Origin: Desulfobacterales bacterium
GTDB lineage: Bacteria; Desulfobacterota; Desulfobacteria; Desulfobacterales; UBA11574
NCBI GenBank assembly: GCA_046484425.1
Contig: JAWOIY010000183.1
Span: 83-64,082 of the forward strand
Reading direction: 5' to 3'
Length of the DNA: 64,000 bases
In this document: positions 26,418-35,558 of the stretch, piece after piece
Layout of the letters: each line of letters begins with the position of its first letter
Numbering within the stretch: position 1 is the stretch's first letter
The notes under the pieces: model-generated
Databases searched by the model: none
The model's input: the letters and a program-made list of their open reading frames with translations, nothing else
What the model was told of the DNA's origin: nothing
Position numbers and translations under genes: made by a program

Positions 26418-26452
26418 AAGGAGGAAAACAGATGAAGAAATTATTAGGTTAA
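26379..26452 (-). ncRNA. candidate sigma54/enhancer-dependent small RNA (~70 nt) with anti-SD core
   Basis: Predicted start is ~12 nt downstream of the -12 GC. The RNA reads UUAACCUAAUAAUUUCUUCAUCUGUUUUCCUCCUUAAUGACCAAU-GGGAUUUAGCCG-AUUGGUCAUU-U9. There is no RBS-preceded ORF on this strand. Confidence 0.4.
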
Positions 26453-26462
26453 CATTTTAGAA

Positions 26463-26478
26463 TGCAAGTTTCTTGCCA
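26463..26478 (-). promoter_or_regulatory. sigma54 (-24/-12) promoter
   Basis: The minus strand reads TGGCAAGAAACTTGCA, with GG and GC in exactly the consensus register of TGGCAC-N5-TTGCW. Confidence 0.6.
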
Positions 26479-26608
26479 AAACATTTCAAAGGTCCTGCCA
26501 ATTTTTATATTCGTCGATTTAACAAATTAATTTAAAAAGTTATACCGCATATTATTTTTAATAATCTGTTTGGTTTTCTTCAGCCCCGCCTCATTTTCGC
26601 CATGAAAA

Positions 26609-26624
26609 GTTCAAAATTTTGAAC
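26609..26624. promoter_or_regulatory. proximal enhancer (UAS) palindrome GTTCAAAATTTTGAAC
   Basis: Perfect 16-bp palindrome, centre ~140 bp upstream of the -24 element. Confidence 0.55.
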
Positions 26625-26686
26625 ATCCATTTTAAAGCAAATAAAATAACATATTAATTCAATTAAGAATATCCTTAAAGCCGATC

Positions 26687-26704
26687 GGTTCAAAATTTTG
26701 AACC
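26687..26704. promoter_or_regulatory. distal enhancer (UAS) palindrome GGTTCAAAATTTTGAACC
   Basis: Perfect 18-bp palindrome, centre 79 bp from the proximal copy and 65 bp downstream of the NtrC-like gene stop. Confidence 0.55.
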
Positions 26705-26768
26705 ACTATGTGCACCAAATGGGATAACATATTGATATTAGTTAAAATATTATGGATTTCTCAACCAT

Positions 26769-28151
26769 TCAAGTTTTTGAACTGATGTCCAGTTCAAATT
26801 TTTTTATTTTCCAATTCAGTCCACTTTTGCCGATACCAAGCAATTCCGCAGCCTGGGATTGAACATTATCTGTTAATTTCAAAGCCCTTTCGATCATCTT
26901 TTTTTCGACCATTGCAAGAGTCTCATCTAATTTTGCATCGGCGGGAATTCCTTCAAAGTGCAGCGTGTTATAAACACTGTTCTTAAATTCCTTTGGAAGA
27001 TCTGCGACGCTTATTTTGTGGCTCTGACATAACACCATGGCCCGCTCGATAACATTTTCGAGCTCACGAACATTCCCGGGCCAGCTGTAATCGTAAAATA
27101 GACGTTCAACCTCCTTATCAAAACCTGTTATTGCAACATCGGACTTTCGCTCATCTGAATATTTACCAATAAAATGATCGGCCAGAAGACGAATATCTTC
27201 TTGACGATCTCTTAAAGTCGGCAGAACGATGTGGACCACATTCAACCGATAATAGAGATCTTCCCTAAATCTCCCTTGCAACATCTCATTTTTCAATTTT
27301 TTATTTGTTGCGGCAATAATGCGTATATCAACCCAAATCGGCTTAATTCCCCCAACCCGCTCAAAAACTTTTTCCTGAAGGACACGCAAAAGTTTTACCT
27401 GCAAATTTTGTGAAAGCTCGCCGATTTCGTCAAGAAAAAGAGTACCGCCGTCAGCAATCTCGAAACGACCTTTCTTCATCGCGACAGCACCGGTAAACGA
27501 ACCTTTTTCATGCCCAAAAAGCTCGCTTTCAAGGAGATTTTCAGCCAACGCGCTGCAGTTGACGGCAACAAAGGGTTTGTCGCGGCGTAAGCTGTTAAAA
27601 TGAATCGATTTCGCAACAAGTTCTTTGCCGGTACCACTATCGCCTTCGATCAACACCGTTGTGGTAACCGGTGCAACTTTTCGGATGGTTTCAAAAACAT
27701 CCTGCATCACCTTGCTCTTTCCAATGATATTTCCGAAACTATACTGTAATTTTACGGCATCCCTGAGTTGTCGGTTTTCTTTGACAACCCGATACATGCC
27801 AACGGCCTTATTCACATATATTACCAACCGATCGTTATCGAAAGGCTTGAGTATATAACTGTAAGCACCCTTCTGCATAGCCTCTACGGCCTTATCAACA
27901 GTACCGTAAGCTGTCATCATAATAACCGGAAGTTCTTTATCTTTTTTCTTGATTTTCTCCAGAAGTTCGATACCATCCATCGATGGCATTTTCATGTCGG
28001 TAAGCACCAAGTCTATGTCGGAATTTAATAGTATATCAAGCGCTTCAGGACCGCTGTTGGCTGTGAAGGTTTCGAATCCTTCTTCTTCCAGAACAGCACT
28101 TAATATCAACGGATAATTTTTTTCATCATCTACAATCAGGACGGTTTCCAT
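26769..28151 (-). CDS. sigma54-dependent response regulator (NtrC family: REC-AAA+-HTH)
   Basis: REC domain with phospho-acceptor context LVLTDMKMP. AAA+ domain with Walker A GDSGTGKE, sigma54-contact loop GSFTGA and ESELFGHEKG. C-terminal Fis-type HTH (QAAELLGIGKSGLNWKIKK). Confidence 0.95.
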   Translation of the reverse strand: METVLIVDDEKNYPLILSAVLEEEGFETFTANSGPEALDILLNSDIDLVLTDMKMPSMDGIELLEKIKKKDKELPVIMMTAYGTVDKAVEAMQKGAYSYILKPFDNDRLVIYVNKAVGMYRVVKENRQLRDAVKLQYSFGNIIGKSKVMQDVFETIRKVAPVTTTVLIEGDSGTGKELVAKSIHFNSLRRDKPFVAVNCSALAENLLESELFGHEKGSFTGAVAMKKGRFEIADGGTLFLDEIGELSQNLQVKLLRVLQEKVFERVGGIKPIWVDIRIIAATNKKLKNEMLQGRFREDLYYRLNVVHIVLPTLRDRQEDIRLLADHFIGKYSDERKSDVAITGFDKEVERLFYDYSWPGNVRELENVIERAMVLCQSHKISVADLPKEFKNSVYNTLHFEGIPADAKLDETLAMVEKKMIERALKLTDNVQSQAAELLGIGKSGLNWKIKKFELDISSKT

Positions 28152-29584
28152 TACGATATTCCCTGATTAACTTGATTAATAGGTAATACGACCGTAACAC
28201 AGGCGCCGACATCCGGTTTGTTGACAAGATTTACGCTTCCTTCATGCGATTGTATAATGTTTTTCACGATACCAAGGCCAAGTCCGGTTCCTTTTGCTTT
28301 TGTGGTAAAAAAGGGGTCCCATATTTTTTCCAATAGGTCTTCTGGAATCCCCTCTCCTTCATCTTCAAAAAATACTGTCACCGTACTATCAACTGAACAC
28401 ACTTTTACCTGAATTATGCCGCCCTCGGGCATCGCCTGCATTGAATTAATCAATACGTTAAGAAAAGCCTGATACAGCATATCAGAATCAGCGGATATCT
28501 CGGGCAATTCATCATCATAGTGTTTTTTTACAATATACCCTTCCTTTTCAATCTGTGGTGCCAGGAAAGAGATGTTTTTTTCGAGAATTTCCTCTATTTT
28601 ACAGGCCGTGAAATTTGGGCTCTTGGGTTTCGCAAAATTTAAGAAATCTGTTATAATATTATTTAATCGAGCGGATTCTTCAATGATTATATTTGGGATT
28701 GAACTTGAGGGATCGCAGTCGGCCATTTTTTTCTTTAAAAGTTCGGATGAACTTTTAATAATACCCAGCGGGTTGCGGATTTCATGAGAGATTCCAGCCA
28801 CCATTCCACCCAATGTCGATAAATGTTCTGCGCGATTTAATTGTTCTATGAGTTTTAATCTCTCTTGGGCACGTCTTTCTATAATACTTTCGCCCCTTTT
28901 GACCACAAACAGTAGAACTAAAAACAAAATGCCCATAACTACTGAACTGGTTATAATCACACGTATCTGAAAATCGAAAATGGCTTCATAATCTTCGGTT
29001 AAGTCTTGTACAATTTCAACGACTCCCAGAACCGGACCGGATATCCTGGAAAGCGGTTGTTCAGCACGTAATGGCGCATATGTAACCAATCGACTGTCTT
29101 GCGGAAAGCCGATTAAGATTTCAAACCAGGTGCCGTTTTGAACCAGATTTGAAGTAAATTTGCCTGAAATTGCGTCTTGATACCCTTTACCCCCGATATC
29201 TGTCTTGCCGATCACCGAATGGTCGAAACTGTATGAAATTGTGTTGGTCATATCGTAGATGTTAACCATATCAATCTTAAAGCTGTGAAGTGTGCTTCTG
29301 ACAACCTTATCCATGCGTTCAAATTGTTGTTCGTCACTGAGTTGAATCTTGCCGAATTTCAATGCAACCGGAAGGATGAACTGCAAAAAAACCTGGTGGT
29401 TAAGATTCTCGATCAGAAGGCGAGCGTAGTCCTCACTTTTTTTTTTCTGCATGGTTTTTGCCCAGTGTGTGTTGAGCAAAGAAAATACCAGAGTTCCGAT
29501 AAAAATTACGATCAGGCTTGTAAAGGTAAAGTACTTGACCAGTCTAAAAGGTTTAACTTTTTCTTCTGCTAAGTGGAGGTTCAT
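28151..29584 (-). CDS. sensor histidine kinase (two TM segments, periplasmic sensor domain)
   Basis: H-box SHEIRNPL, N-box NVLINSMQA, G-box GTGLGLGIV. Its stop overlaps the regulator ATG by 1 nt. The start is uncertain: ATG 29584 (MNLHLAEEK) is chosen, and the ORF extends to TTG 29671. Confidence 0.9.
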   Translation of the reverse strand: MNLHLAEEKVKPFRLVKYFTFTSLIVIFIGTLVFSLLNTHWAKTMQKKKSEDYARLLIENLNHQVFLQFILPVALKFGKIQLSDEQQFERMDKVVRSTLHSFKIDMVNIYDMTNTISYSFDHSVIGKTDIGGKGYQDAISGKFTSNLVQNGTWFEILIGFPQDSRLVTYAPLRAEQPLSRISGPVLGVVEIVQDLTEDYEAIFDFQIRVIITSSVVMGILFLVLLFVVKRGESIIERRAQERLKLIEQLNRAEHLSTLGGMVAGISHEIRNPLGIIKSSSELLKKKMADCDPSSSIPNIIIEESARLNNIITDFLNFAKPKSPNFTACKIEEILEKNISFLAPQIEKEGYIVKKHYDDELPEISADSDMLYQAFLNVLINSMQAMPEGGIIQVKVCSVDSTVTVFFEDEGEGIPEDLLEKIWDPFFTTKAKGTGLGLGIVKNIIQSHEGSVNLVNKPDVGACVTVVLPINQVNQGIS

Positions 29585-30031
29585 AGACAAGGTTAAAGTT
29601 TCTATCGTTTCATACCGATATTGGGTTATAATTATCTTTAAACGCAAAAAAAGATAGGATAACACCGGCAAAAAAAATGATTGGCTTTTAAGCTTTTAAG
29701 AATATACGGAAATCAACATTTAAAGTCAAGATAATGCGTTATTTTCATTGATACTATAATAATTTATTGTTTCATGATTAAATTACTTAACGTATATTTT
29801 TGATTGAATTTTTGATTGGCCTTATTTTACCTTTAATTATATAGTACCATATATATGTATATCCATTTGAAAAACCACCAAATAAAGTAATTGATTAAAA
29901 TTTGTCTATAATTATATATAAAAGTTCTTGAGTTATCACATAATATAAGGTATATTATGGGAATTGTAATTTGATCCTTTGTTCACATTAATGTTGTGTA
30001 TTTTTTATGCGTGACTTTTAAAGGCTTTTGA

Positions 30032-30229
30032 ATGCAAAGCAACCACTTAAGAAAAATCAGAGAGTCTTTGCTGATGAGCAAGACCGAACTGGCCAGAAAG
30101 GCCAACGTATCTCCGATTACAATTGCGCGTGTCGAAAAAGGGATGCCGTGTCGTCTTGAAACTCAGCGAAAAATTATTTTGGCCCTCGGGTATGACCTTT
30201 CTGACAAAAAAAAGATTTTTGGTGATTAA
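30032..30229 (+). CDS. small XRE-family HTH protein
   Basis: 65 aa, LLMSKTELARKANVSPITIARVEKG HTH motif; ends 7 nt before pilM. Confidence 0.75.
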   Translation: MQSNHLRKIRESLLMSKTELARKANVSPITIARVEKGMPCRLETQRKIILALGYDLSDKKKIFGD

Positions 30230-30235
30230 AATATT

Positions 30236-31291
30236 ATGTTTTTTTTGAAAAAAAACAGTCTCGTAGGTTTGGACATCGGCGCCAGGACTTTAAAACTGGC
30301 CGAAATTGTTGATTCAAAAACCGGATTTGTCCTTAAAAGTTTCAGTACAATCAATATTGAACCGGGCTTAATCGAAGAAGGCTCCGTTAAAGATCCAGAA
30401 GCTCTTTCTGAATACATTCGAGAACTATTTAAGTCCGTCAAACTCAAAGAAAAAAATGTTGCCATTTCCATTGGAGGATATTCTGTTATCGTTAAAAAGA
30501 TCAACGTCCAGACCATGAAAGAAGATGAATTGCACGAGACGATTCATTCTGAAGCAGAACAATATATCCCATTCGATATCAGCGAAGTCAATCTCGATTT
30601 CCAAATTCTTGGAGAAAGCGAATACAATCCCAATCAGATGAGTATACTTCTGGTCGCCGCCAAGAAAGAAATGGTCGATGAATATATTAATCTCATGAAA
30701 CTGGCGAAACTCAACACTCGAATCATTGACGTTGATGCGTTTGCTCTCCAAAATATTTTTGAATATAATTATACACTCGAAGACGAAAACATTGCCTTGA
30801 TTGACATCGGAGCCAGTAAAACATCATTAAATATTTTAAAGGATAATGTTTCTGAATTCATGCGTGATGTTTCTCTTGGTTGCGAACAAATTAATGATAA
30901 GATTGCTTCTATTACAGGTTGCACCATCGAGGAAGCGGAAAAAATCAAACTCGTTGAAAAATCGGACATTTTACCCATTGAGGATTTAAAAGAAATTGTT
31001 GAATCTGTGGTAACGGACTGGTGCATTGAAATAAAGCGTGCCCTTGATTTCTTTTATTCCACCTATCCTGTAAGTCAAATCAGTAGGATTGTGCTCAGCG
31101 GTGGTGGCGCCAACATTAAAAAATTTCGTGAACTTCTGGCTTCCGAAACATCAGCTGAAGTGGAAGTTATAAATCCGTTTCAAAATTTTATTATTGACAA
31201 CCACCGGTTTGATTCTTCATATCTTGAACAGATAGCCCCACAAGCTGCGATCTGTATGGGCCTTGCAACCCGAAAAATTGGTGACAAATGA
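30236..31291 (+). CDS. pilM: type IV pilus assembly protein PilM
   Basis: Actin-like ATPase fold pattern (GLDIGARTLKLAE, IDIGASKTSL, LSGGGA); first gene of the pilMNOPQ order. Confidence 0.9.
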   Translation: MFFLKKNSLVGLDIGARTLKLAEIVDSKTGFVLKSFSTINIEPGLIEEGSVKDPEALSEYIRELFKSVKLKEKNVAISIGGYSVIVKKINVQTMKEDELHETIHSEAEQYIPFDISEVNLDFQILGESEYNPNQMSILLVAAKKEMVDEYINLMKLAKLNTRIIDVDAFALQNIFEYNYTLEDENIALIDIGASKTSLNILKDNVSEFMRDVSLGCEQINDKIASITGCTIEEAEKIKLVEKSDILPIEDLKEIVESVVTDWCIEIKRALDFFYSTYPVSQISRIVLSGGGANIKKFRELLASETSAEVEVINPFQNFIIDNHRFDSSYLEQIAPQAAICMGLATRKIGDK

Positions 31292-31935
31292 TACGAATCA
31301 ATCTGCTCCCTTATCGCGCAGCACGAAAAAAAGAGAATATTCTCAGACAGTTCAACATATTTTTATTGGCGTTCCTTATTGTTTCTTCGTTCCTGATTTT
31401 TTTCAATATATGGCTTTCAAATAAAATCGACACTTTAAATTCAACAATACAAAATACTAAAGCCATGCTGGCTCAAACTGAAGCGCAAGCAAAACAGGTG
31501 GATCAAATTAAAAAGGCCCTCGAAACTCTAGAGCAGAAAACAAATGTTATCAGGAACATAGAAATGAATCGGAGAGATTCGGTTCTCCTTCTCGAAAACA
31601 TGACAGAAATGGTGGCCGAAAATAAATCCATTTCAACATCCGATGCATCCGCTGACATCAACAGCAAACCCAATAAAAGATTATGGTTCAACAATCTTCA
31701 GACAAGTGGAGGAAAAATTCATATAAGAGGGGTAGCATTGGACAATAAAACCATTGCCGATTTTATGAGTCGTCTGGAAGAATCAAAACGTTTTAAGAAT
31801 GTAACCTTAAATACAATAAAACAACAAAAAGTAAATAACTTAAATCTTAAAAGCTTTGAAATTGTCTGTGAAAAAGTTACCTTGGAAAAACCAATACAGA
31901 AAAATGATGCTGGTTCAAATCAAGGCAAAAAATGA
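31288..31935 (+). CDS. pilN: type IV pilus assembly protein PilN
   Basis: N-terminal IRINLLPYR motif, one TM segment and a coiled region; ATGA overlap with pilM. Confidence 0.85.
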   Translation: MIRINLLPYRAARKKENILRQFNIFLLAFLIVSSFLIFFNIWLSNKIDTLNSTIQNTKAMLAQTEAQAKQVDQIKKALETLEQKTNVIRNIEMNRRDSVLLLENMTEMVAENKSISTSDASADINSKPNKRLWFNNLQTSGGKIHIRGVALDNKTIADFMSRLEESKRFKNVTLNTIKQQKVNNLNLKSFEIVCEKVTLEKPIQKNDAGSNQGKK

Positions 31936-32567
31936 TGAAAAAAATCGATACCTCTAAAATATCAACCTGGTTTTTCGAAACGATTGAAAAGATCGGAAAT
32001 CTGTCCAAGTTATACAGAGCTTTATTGTGTTTGTGTATCTTTGCCTTGCTTATCGGACCTTTTGCATACTTTTCTTTTCTGCCTAAAATCAGTAGCATCG
32101 ACGCATTAAAAAAAGAGAGCGAGACCCTTCAAACAAGGCTTGCCACGGCACAAGCAAAAGCAAAACAACTCAAGTATTATCAGGATAAGTTAAAAGAAGC
32201 AGAAATGGAATTCAAAGTTGTCATGAAAAAGCTTCCTGAAAAAACAGAAATACCTTCTCTCCTATCAAGTGTATCACAATCCGGTCGCGATGCCGGCATG
32301 GAATTTCTCCTGTTCCAGCCAATGCCTGAACGCGTTAAAGATTTCTATGCTGAAATTCCTGTATCAGTAGCAGTTACCGGTAACTATCACAATGTCGCTC
32401 TTTTTTTTGACAAGGTGGCAAGGTTATCCAGAATCGTAAATATAGAAAACATTAATATGACCGCCGCAAAAGGCAGCAGCATGTTAGAAACCTCATGTAC
32501 GGCCGTCACTTATCGGTTTGTTGAAACGAAGCCCAAGACAGAAACGAAGCCTAAGAAAGCTTCATGA
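31932..32567 (+). CDS. pilO: type IV pilus assembly protein PilO
   Basis: One TM segment, a coiled coil, then a ferredoxin-like C-terminal region; position in the operon; ATGA overlap with pilN. Confidence 0.8.
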   Translation: MMKKIDTSKISTWFFETIEKIGNLSKLYRALLCLCIFALLIGPFAYFSFLPKISSIDALKKESETLQTRLATAQAKAKQLKYYQDKLKEAEMEFKVVMKKLPEKTEIPSLLSSVSQSGRDAGMEFLLFQPMPERVKDFYAEIPVSVAVTGNYHNVALFFDKVARLSRIVNIENINMTAAKGSSMLETSCTAVTYRFVETKPKTETKPKKAS

Positions 32568-32597
32568 TTAAAGTAATTTAACAAGAAACAACAAATC

Positions 32598-33248
32598 ATG
32601 GATAAACCTCTCATTTTCATACGAAATATTGTTTGCATGGTCTGCCTTTTCCCCCTTTTGTGGAGTTGTGAAAAACCAACTGAACCCTCTGCAAAATCAA
32701 GGCAAATTACAAAAAAAATCATTGTTGAAAAAAAAGAAATACCAAAAGAAACGGTGAAACCCAAGCCGGAAGAGCCTGTATCTGACTCCTCAACATCAAA
32801 AGTTCCAACTCCAGAATCAAACAAACTGGTTGCTGTTGAGTCGTCGACAGCACCTAAAGATGCGGAACCGGACGCTACTGATTTCTATGCCCCTGAGGGT
32901 AGGCTGGATCCATTTGAACCGTTGTTTAAAAAGGAAAGTGTCTCGGTAGCTGTTGGAAGGAAACAAATACAAAGACGAAAGCCCCTTACACCCCTTGAAA
33001 TGGTGAATTTAAGCCAGCTGACCCTGGTGGGAATAATACGAGCCCCGAGCGGAAACAGAGCCTTGGTTCAGGAAGCTTCTGGGAAAGGATATATCGTAAA
33101 GAATGGTACTTATATCGGAACCCGCTCCGGAAAAATAGTAGAGATATTAGAAGACAGGATCATTATTGAAGAAGAGAGTGAAGATATTTATGGCAAAGTT
33201 TCGTTTATAAAAAAACCACTTAAACTTCAGACACCTCCTGGAGAATAG
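32598..33248 (+). CDS. pilP: type IV pilus lipoprotein PilP
   Basis: Lipobox LLWSC, a low-complexity linker, RLDPFEPLF motif and a beta-rich C-terminal domain. Confidence 0.8.
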   Translation: MDKPLIFIRNIVCMVCLFPLLWSCEKPTEPSAKSRQITKKIIVEKKEIPKETVKPKPEEPVSDSSTSKVPTPESNKLVAVESSTAPKDAEPDATDFYAPEGRLDPFEPLFKKESVSVAVGRKQIQRRKPLTPLEMVNLSQLTLVGIIRAPSGNRALVQEASGKGYIVKNGTYIGTRSGKIVEILEDRIIIEEESEDIYGKVSFIKKPLKLQTPPGE

Positions 33249-33249
33249 C

Positions 33250-35544
33250 ATGAATCGCAAGATGAATAAATTTTTAAAAACGAAAATACTTACATCCCTT
33301 TTGGTCTTTTTATTGCCTTTGTTTATTGGGTGTGCTTCCAATTCCAAGGCTGTAAAAGAAACCGAAAAGCTTTCCGCTGAATCTTCTCAACAAAAGCTTA
33401 TCACACAAATAAGTACGGCAGAAGATCCTAAAACAAGTATCGTTCGTATTCATGGGAATCAACTGTTGACCTATACGTCCGTCAAACAACCTTCTCCACT
33501 TAGCGTTTTGCTCTATTTTCCTGAAACAGCGATTAGCGATATCGATACGAATTATATACCCGATAATGACACTATTGACGCTATCAAGACGTCTGAATTA
33601 CAATCCAAAGGTCTTACAACCCGTATCGAAATTTTCTTAAAAAAAGATGTTTCTTATGAAGTCAACCGTGAAAATACAGACCTTATTGTTTCATTTAATA
33701 AACCATCCGCCGGCAAACAAGGATTGGAACAGACAGCGTCATCGAACGCAGAATTAAATGAAAATACCGAGCCGCCGGCGTCGCCGAACCAAAGGATGCT
33801 ACCGGCTCAAACCTCAACCCCTCAATCGGCTCAATTACAGGCCGATAATAAAAAGCCTGCCTGGGTGAATCGGATAGATTTTTCAAGTGAAAAAGAAGGT
33901 AAATCGACAATTATTATTGGAACCACGATTCCGGCCAGATTTGATCTAAAAAAAATCAATGATAAAAAGCTTTTGCTTCATCTTTATCATTCACTACTGC
34001 CGGATTATCGCCAGCGACCTTTAATTACCACACGTTTTCAGAGTGCTGTTGACCGTATTATACCGTTCCAAACCCCTGACATGAAAGATAAATCCGGATT
34101 TATCATTGAACTTCGCGAATCTGTGCCTTACTTTACCGAACAGACAGACAATCTCATTTTTTTGCATTTTGAAGCGTCTTCGATCCCCCCCAAGCCTCTC
34201 AACAAAGCCGATCTTCCGCCCTGGGAAAGAGTAATGTCCCAGGCGTTGACAAAAACAGAACCCGTGGTAGTGGAAACATTAGAAAATAAAAAATTGGGAT
34301 TTGAATCCGGAAGAAAATTTACGGGTGAAAAAATATCGCTCAATTTTTTTGAGACAGATATTAAAAACGTGTTCCGCATTTTAATGGATGTCAGCGGAAA
34401 AAACTTTGCCATTGATAAAGATGTATCCGGCAAAGTTACGCTATCGTTCGATAAACCTGTGCCTTGGGATCAGGTCCTTGATTTGGTATTGAAAATGAAT
34501 CGTCTCGGGATGGTTTACGAAGGAGATATTGTACGGATTGCCACCCTTAAAGCGTTAAAGGACGAAGAAGAGGAAAGGGCAGCGGCAATCGCCGCCAAAG
34601 AAAAACTTAATAAACAGAAAAAAGCGCTTGAACCCTTGATTACAGAATACATTCCCATCAACTACGCAAATGCAAGGGATGATGTATTGCCCCATATTGT
34701 ATTAACCGAGGGACGTGGCAATGCCACCGTCGATCAACGGAACAACCAAATTATCATCACAGACATTGCCGAAAAGGTAAAAAAGGCGAAAGAAACCGTC
34801 CAAAAAATAGATATGGTTACCCCGCAGGTGATGATTGAAGCGAGGATTATCGAAGCCTCCGACACCTTTGCCAGGGAAATCGGGACATCGTGGCAAATTC
34901 AAGGCACCAATACTGATAATAATTTAGGTGGAACGCTGGGTTATGAAATGGGCGCGGTAAACCCCCCGACAGATACCCTTGGCGCAATCGGGTTTTCATT
35001 TCAAAGACTGGTCGGCAATACATTCGAAGTGGTGGATGCAAGGCTGGCAGCATCGGAATCGGAAGGAACCGTTAAGATCATTTCCGCGCCTAAAATTTTA
35101 ACCCTCGACAACAAACCGGCCAAGATCAAGCAGGGACTGGCCTATCCATACAACAAGCTTGATGCGGATGGGAACACCACCACCGAGTTTAAAGATATCG
35201 CCCTTGAGCTGGAAGTTACCCCGCATATTACACCTGATAACCGCGTCACCATGAAAATCGTTATTAAGAACAATGAAATCGGAGCAATTATTAACAACCA
35301 GATCTCTTTCACCACCAAGGAGGCAGTTACTGAGCTGCTGGTGGACGACGGGGATACCATTGTTATCGGCGGGATCAGAAAGACAAGAAAAGGTCTCGAT
35401 GTATCAGGTGTCCCGTTTTTAAGGAAAATACCGGTTCTCGGGTGGCTCTTTAAATTAGAAGATAAAGAAGACAATACCGATGAACTGCTGATATTCATCA
35501 CGCCCAGGGTGCTTCAGCTTCAACAAATCGGTCTCAATGGGTGA
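33250..35544 (+). CDS. pilQ: type IV pilus secretin PilQ
   Basis: Lipoprotein-like signal (LFIGC), AMIN-like N-terminal repeats, and a secretin C-domain ending GVPFLRKIPVLGWLF...LLIFITPRV. Confidence 0.92.
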   Translation: MNRKMNKFLKTKILTSLLVFLLPLFIGCASNSKAVKETEKLSAESSQQKLITQISTAEDPKTSIVRIHGNQLLTYTSVKQPSPLSVLLYFPETAISDIDTNYIPDNDTIDAIKTSELQSKGLTTRIEIFLKKDVSYEVNRENTDLIVSFNKPSAGKQGLEQTASSNAELNENTEPPASPNQRMLPAQTSTPQSAQLQADNKKPAWVNRIDFSSEKEGKSTIIIGTTIPARFDLKKINDKKLLLHLYHSLLPDYRQRPLITTRFQSAVDRIIPFQTPDMKDKSGFIIELRESVPYFTEQTDNLIFLHFEASSIPPKPLNKADLPPWERVMSQALTKTEPVVVETLENKKLGFESGRKFTGEKISLNFFETDIKNVFRILMDVSGKNFAIDKDVSGKVTLSFDKPVPWDQVLDLVLKMNRLGMVYEGDIVRIATLKALKDEEEERAAAIAAKEKLNKQKKALEPLITEYIPINYANARDDVLPHIVLTEGRGNATVDQRNNQIIITDIAEKVKKAKETVQKIDMVTPQVMIEARIIEASDTFAREIGTSWQIQGTNTDNNLGGTLGYEMGAVNPPTDTLGAIGFSFQRLVGNTFEVVDARLAASESEGTVKIISAPKILTLDNKPAKIKQGLAYPYNKLDADGNTTTEFKDIALELEVTPHITPDNRVTMKIVIKNNEIGAIINNQISFTTKEAVTELLVDDGDTIVIGGIRKTRKGLDVSGVPFLRKIPVLGWLFKLEDKEDNTDELLIFITPRVLQLQQIGLNG

Positions 35545-35558
35545 TGATGAGCCTTTTT

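Noticed and set aside
26432-26452. Micro-ORF MKKLLG with a perfect AAGGAGG-N8-ATG on the plus strand
   Set aside because: It has only 6 codons, no plus-strand promoter or downstream gene, and ends against a convergent gene. The SD-like sequence is most simply the complement of the anti-SD core of the minus-strand RNA. It is kept as the alternative hypothesis in the sRNA finding.
26146-26768. Expected pilin (pilA) gene downstream of the sigma54 activator, by analogy with pilR-pilA loci
   Set aside because: No ORF on the minus strand has a pilin-type leader (G-FTLIE). The kinase also has a two-TM periplasmic-sensor architecture, not a PilS-like multi-TM one.
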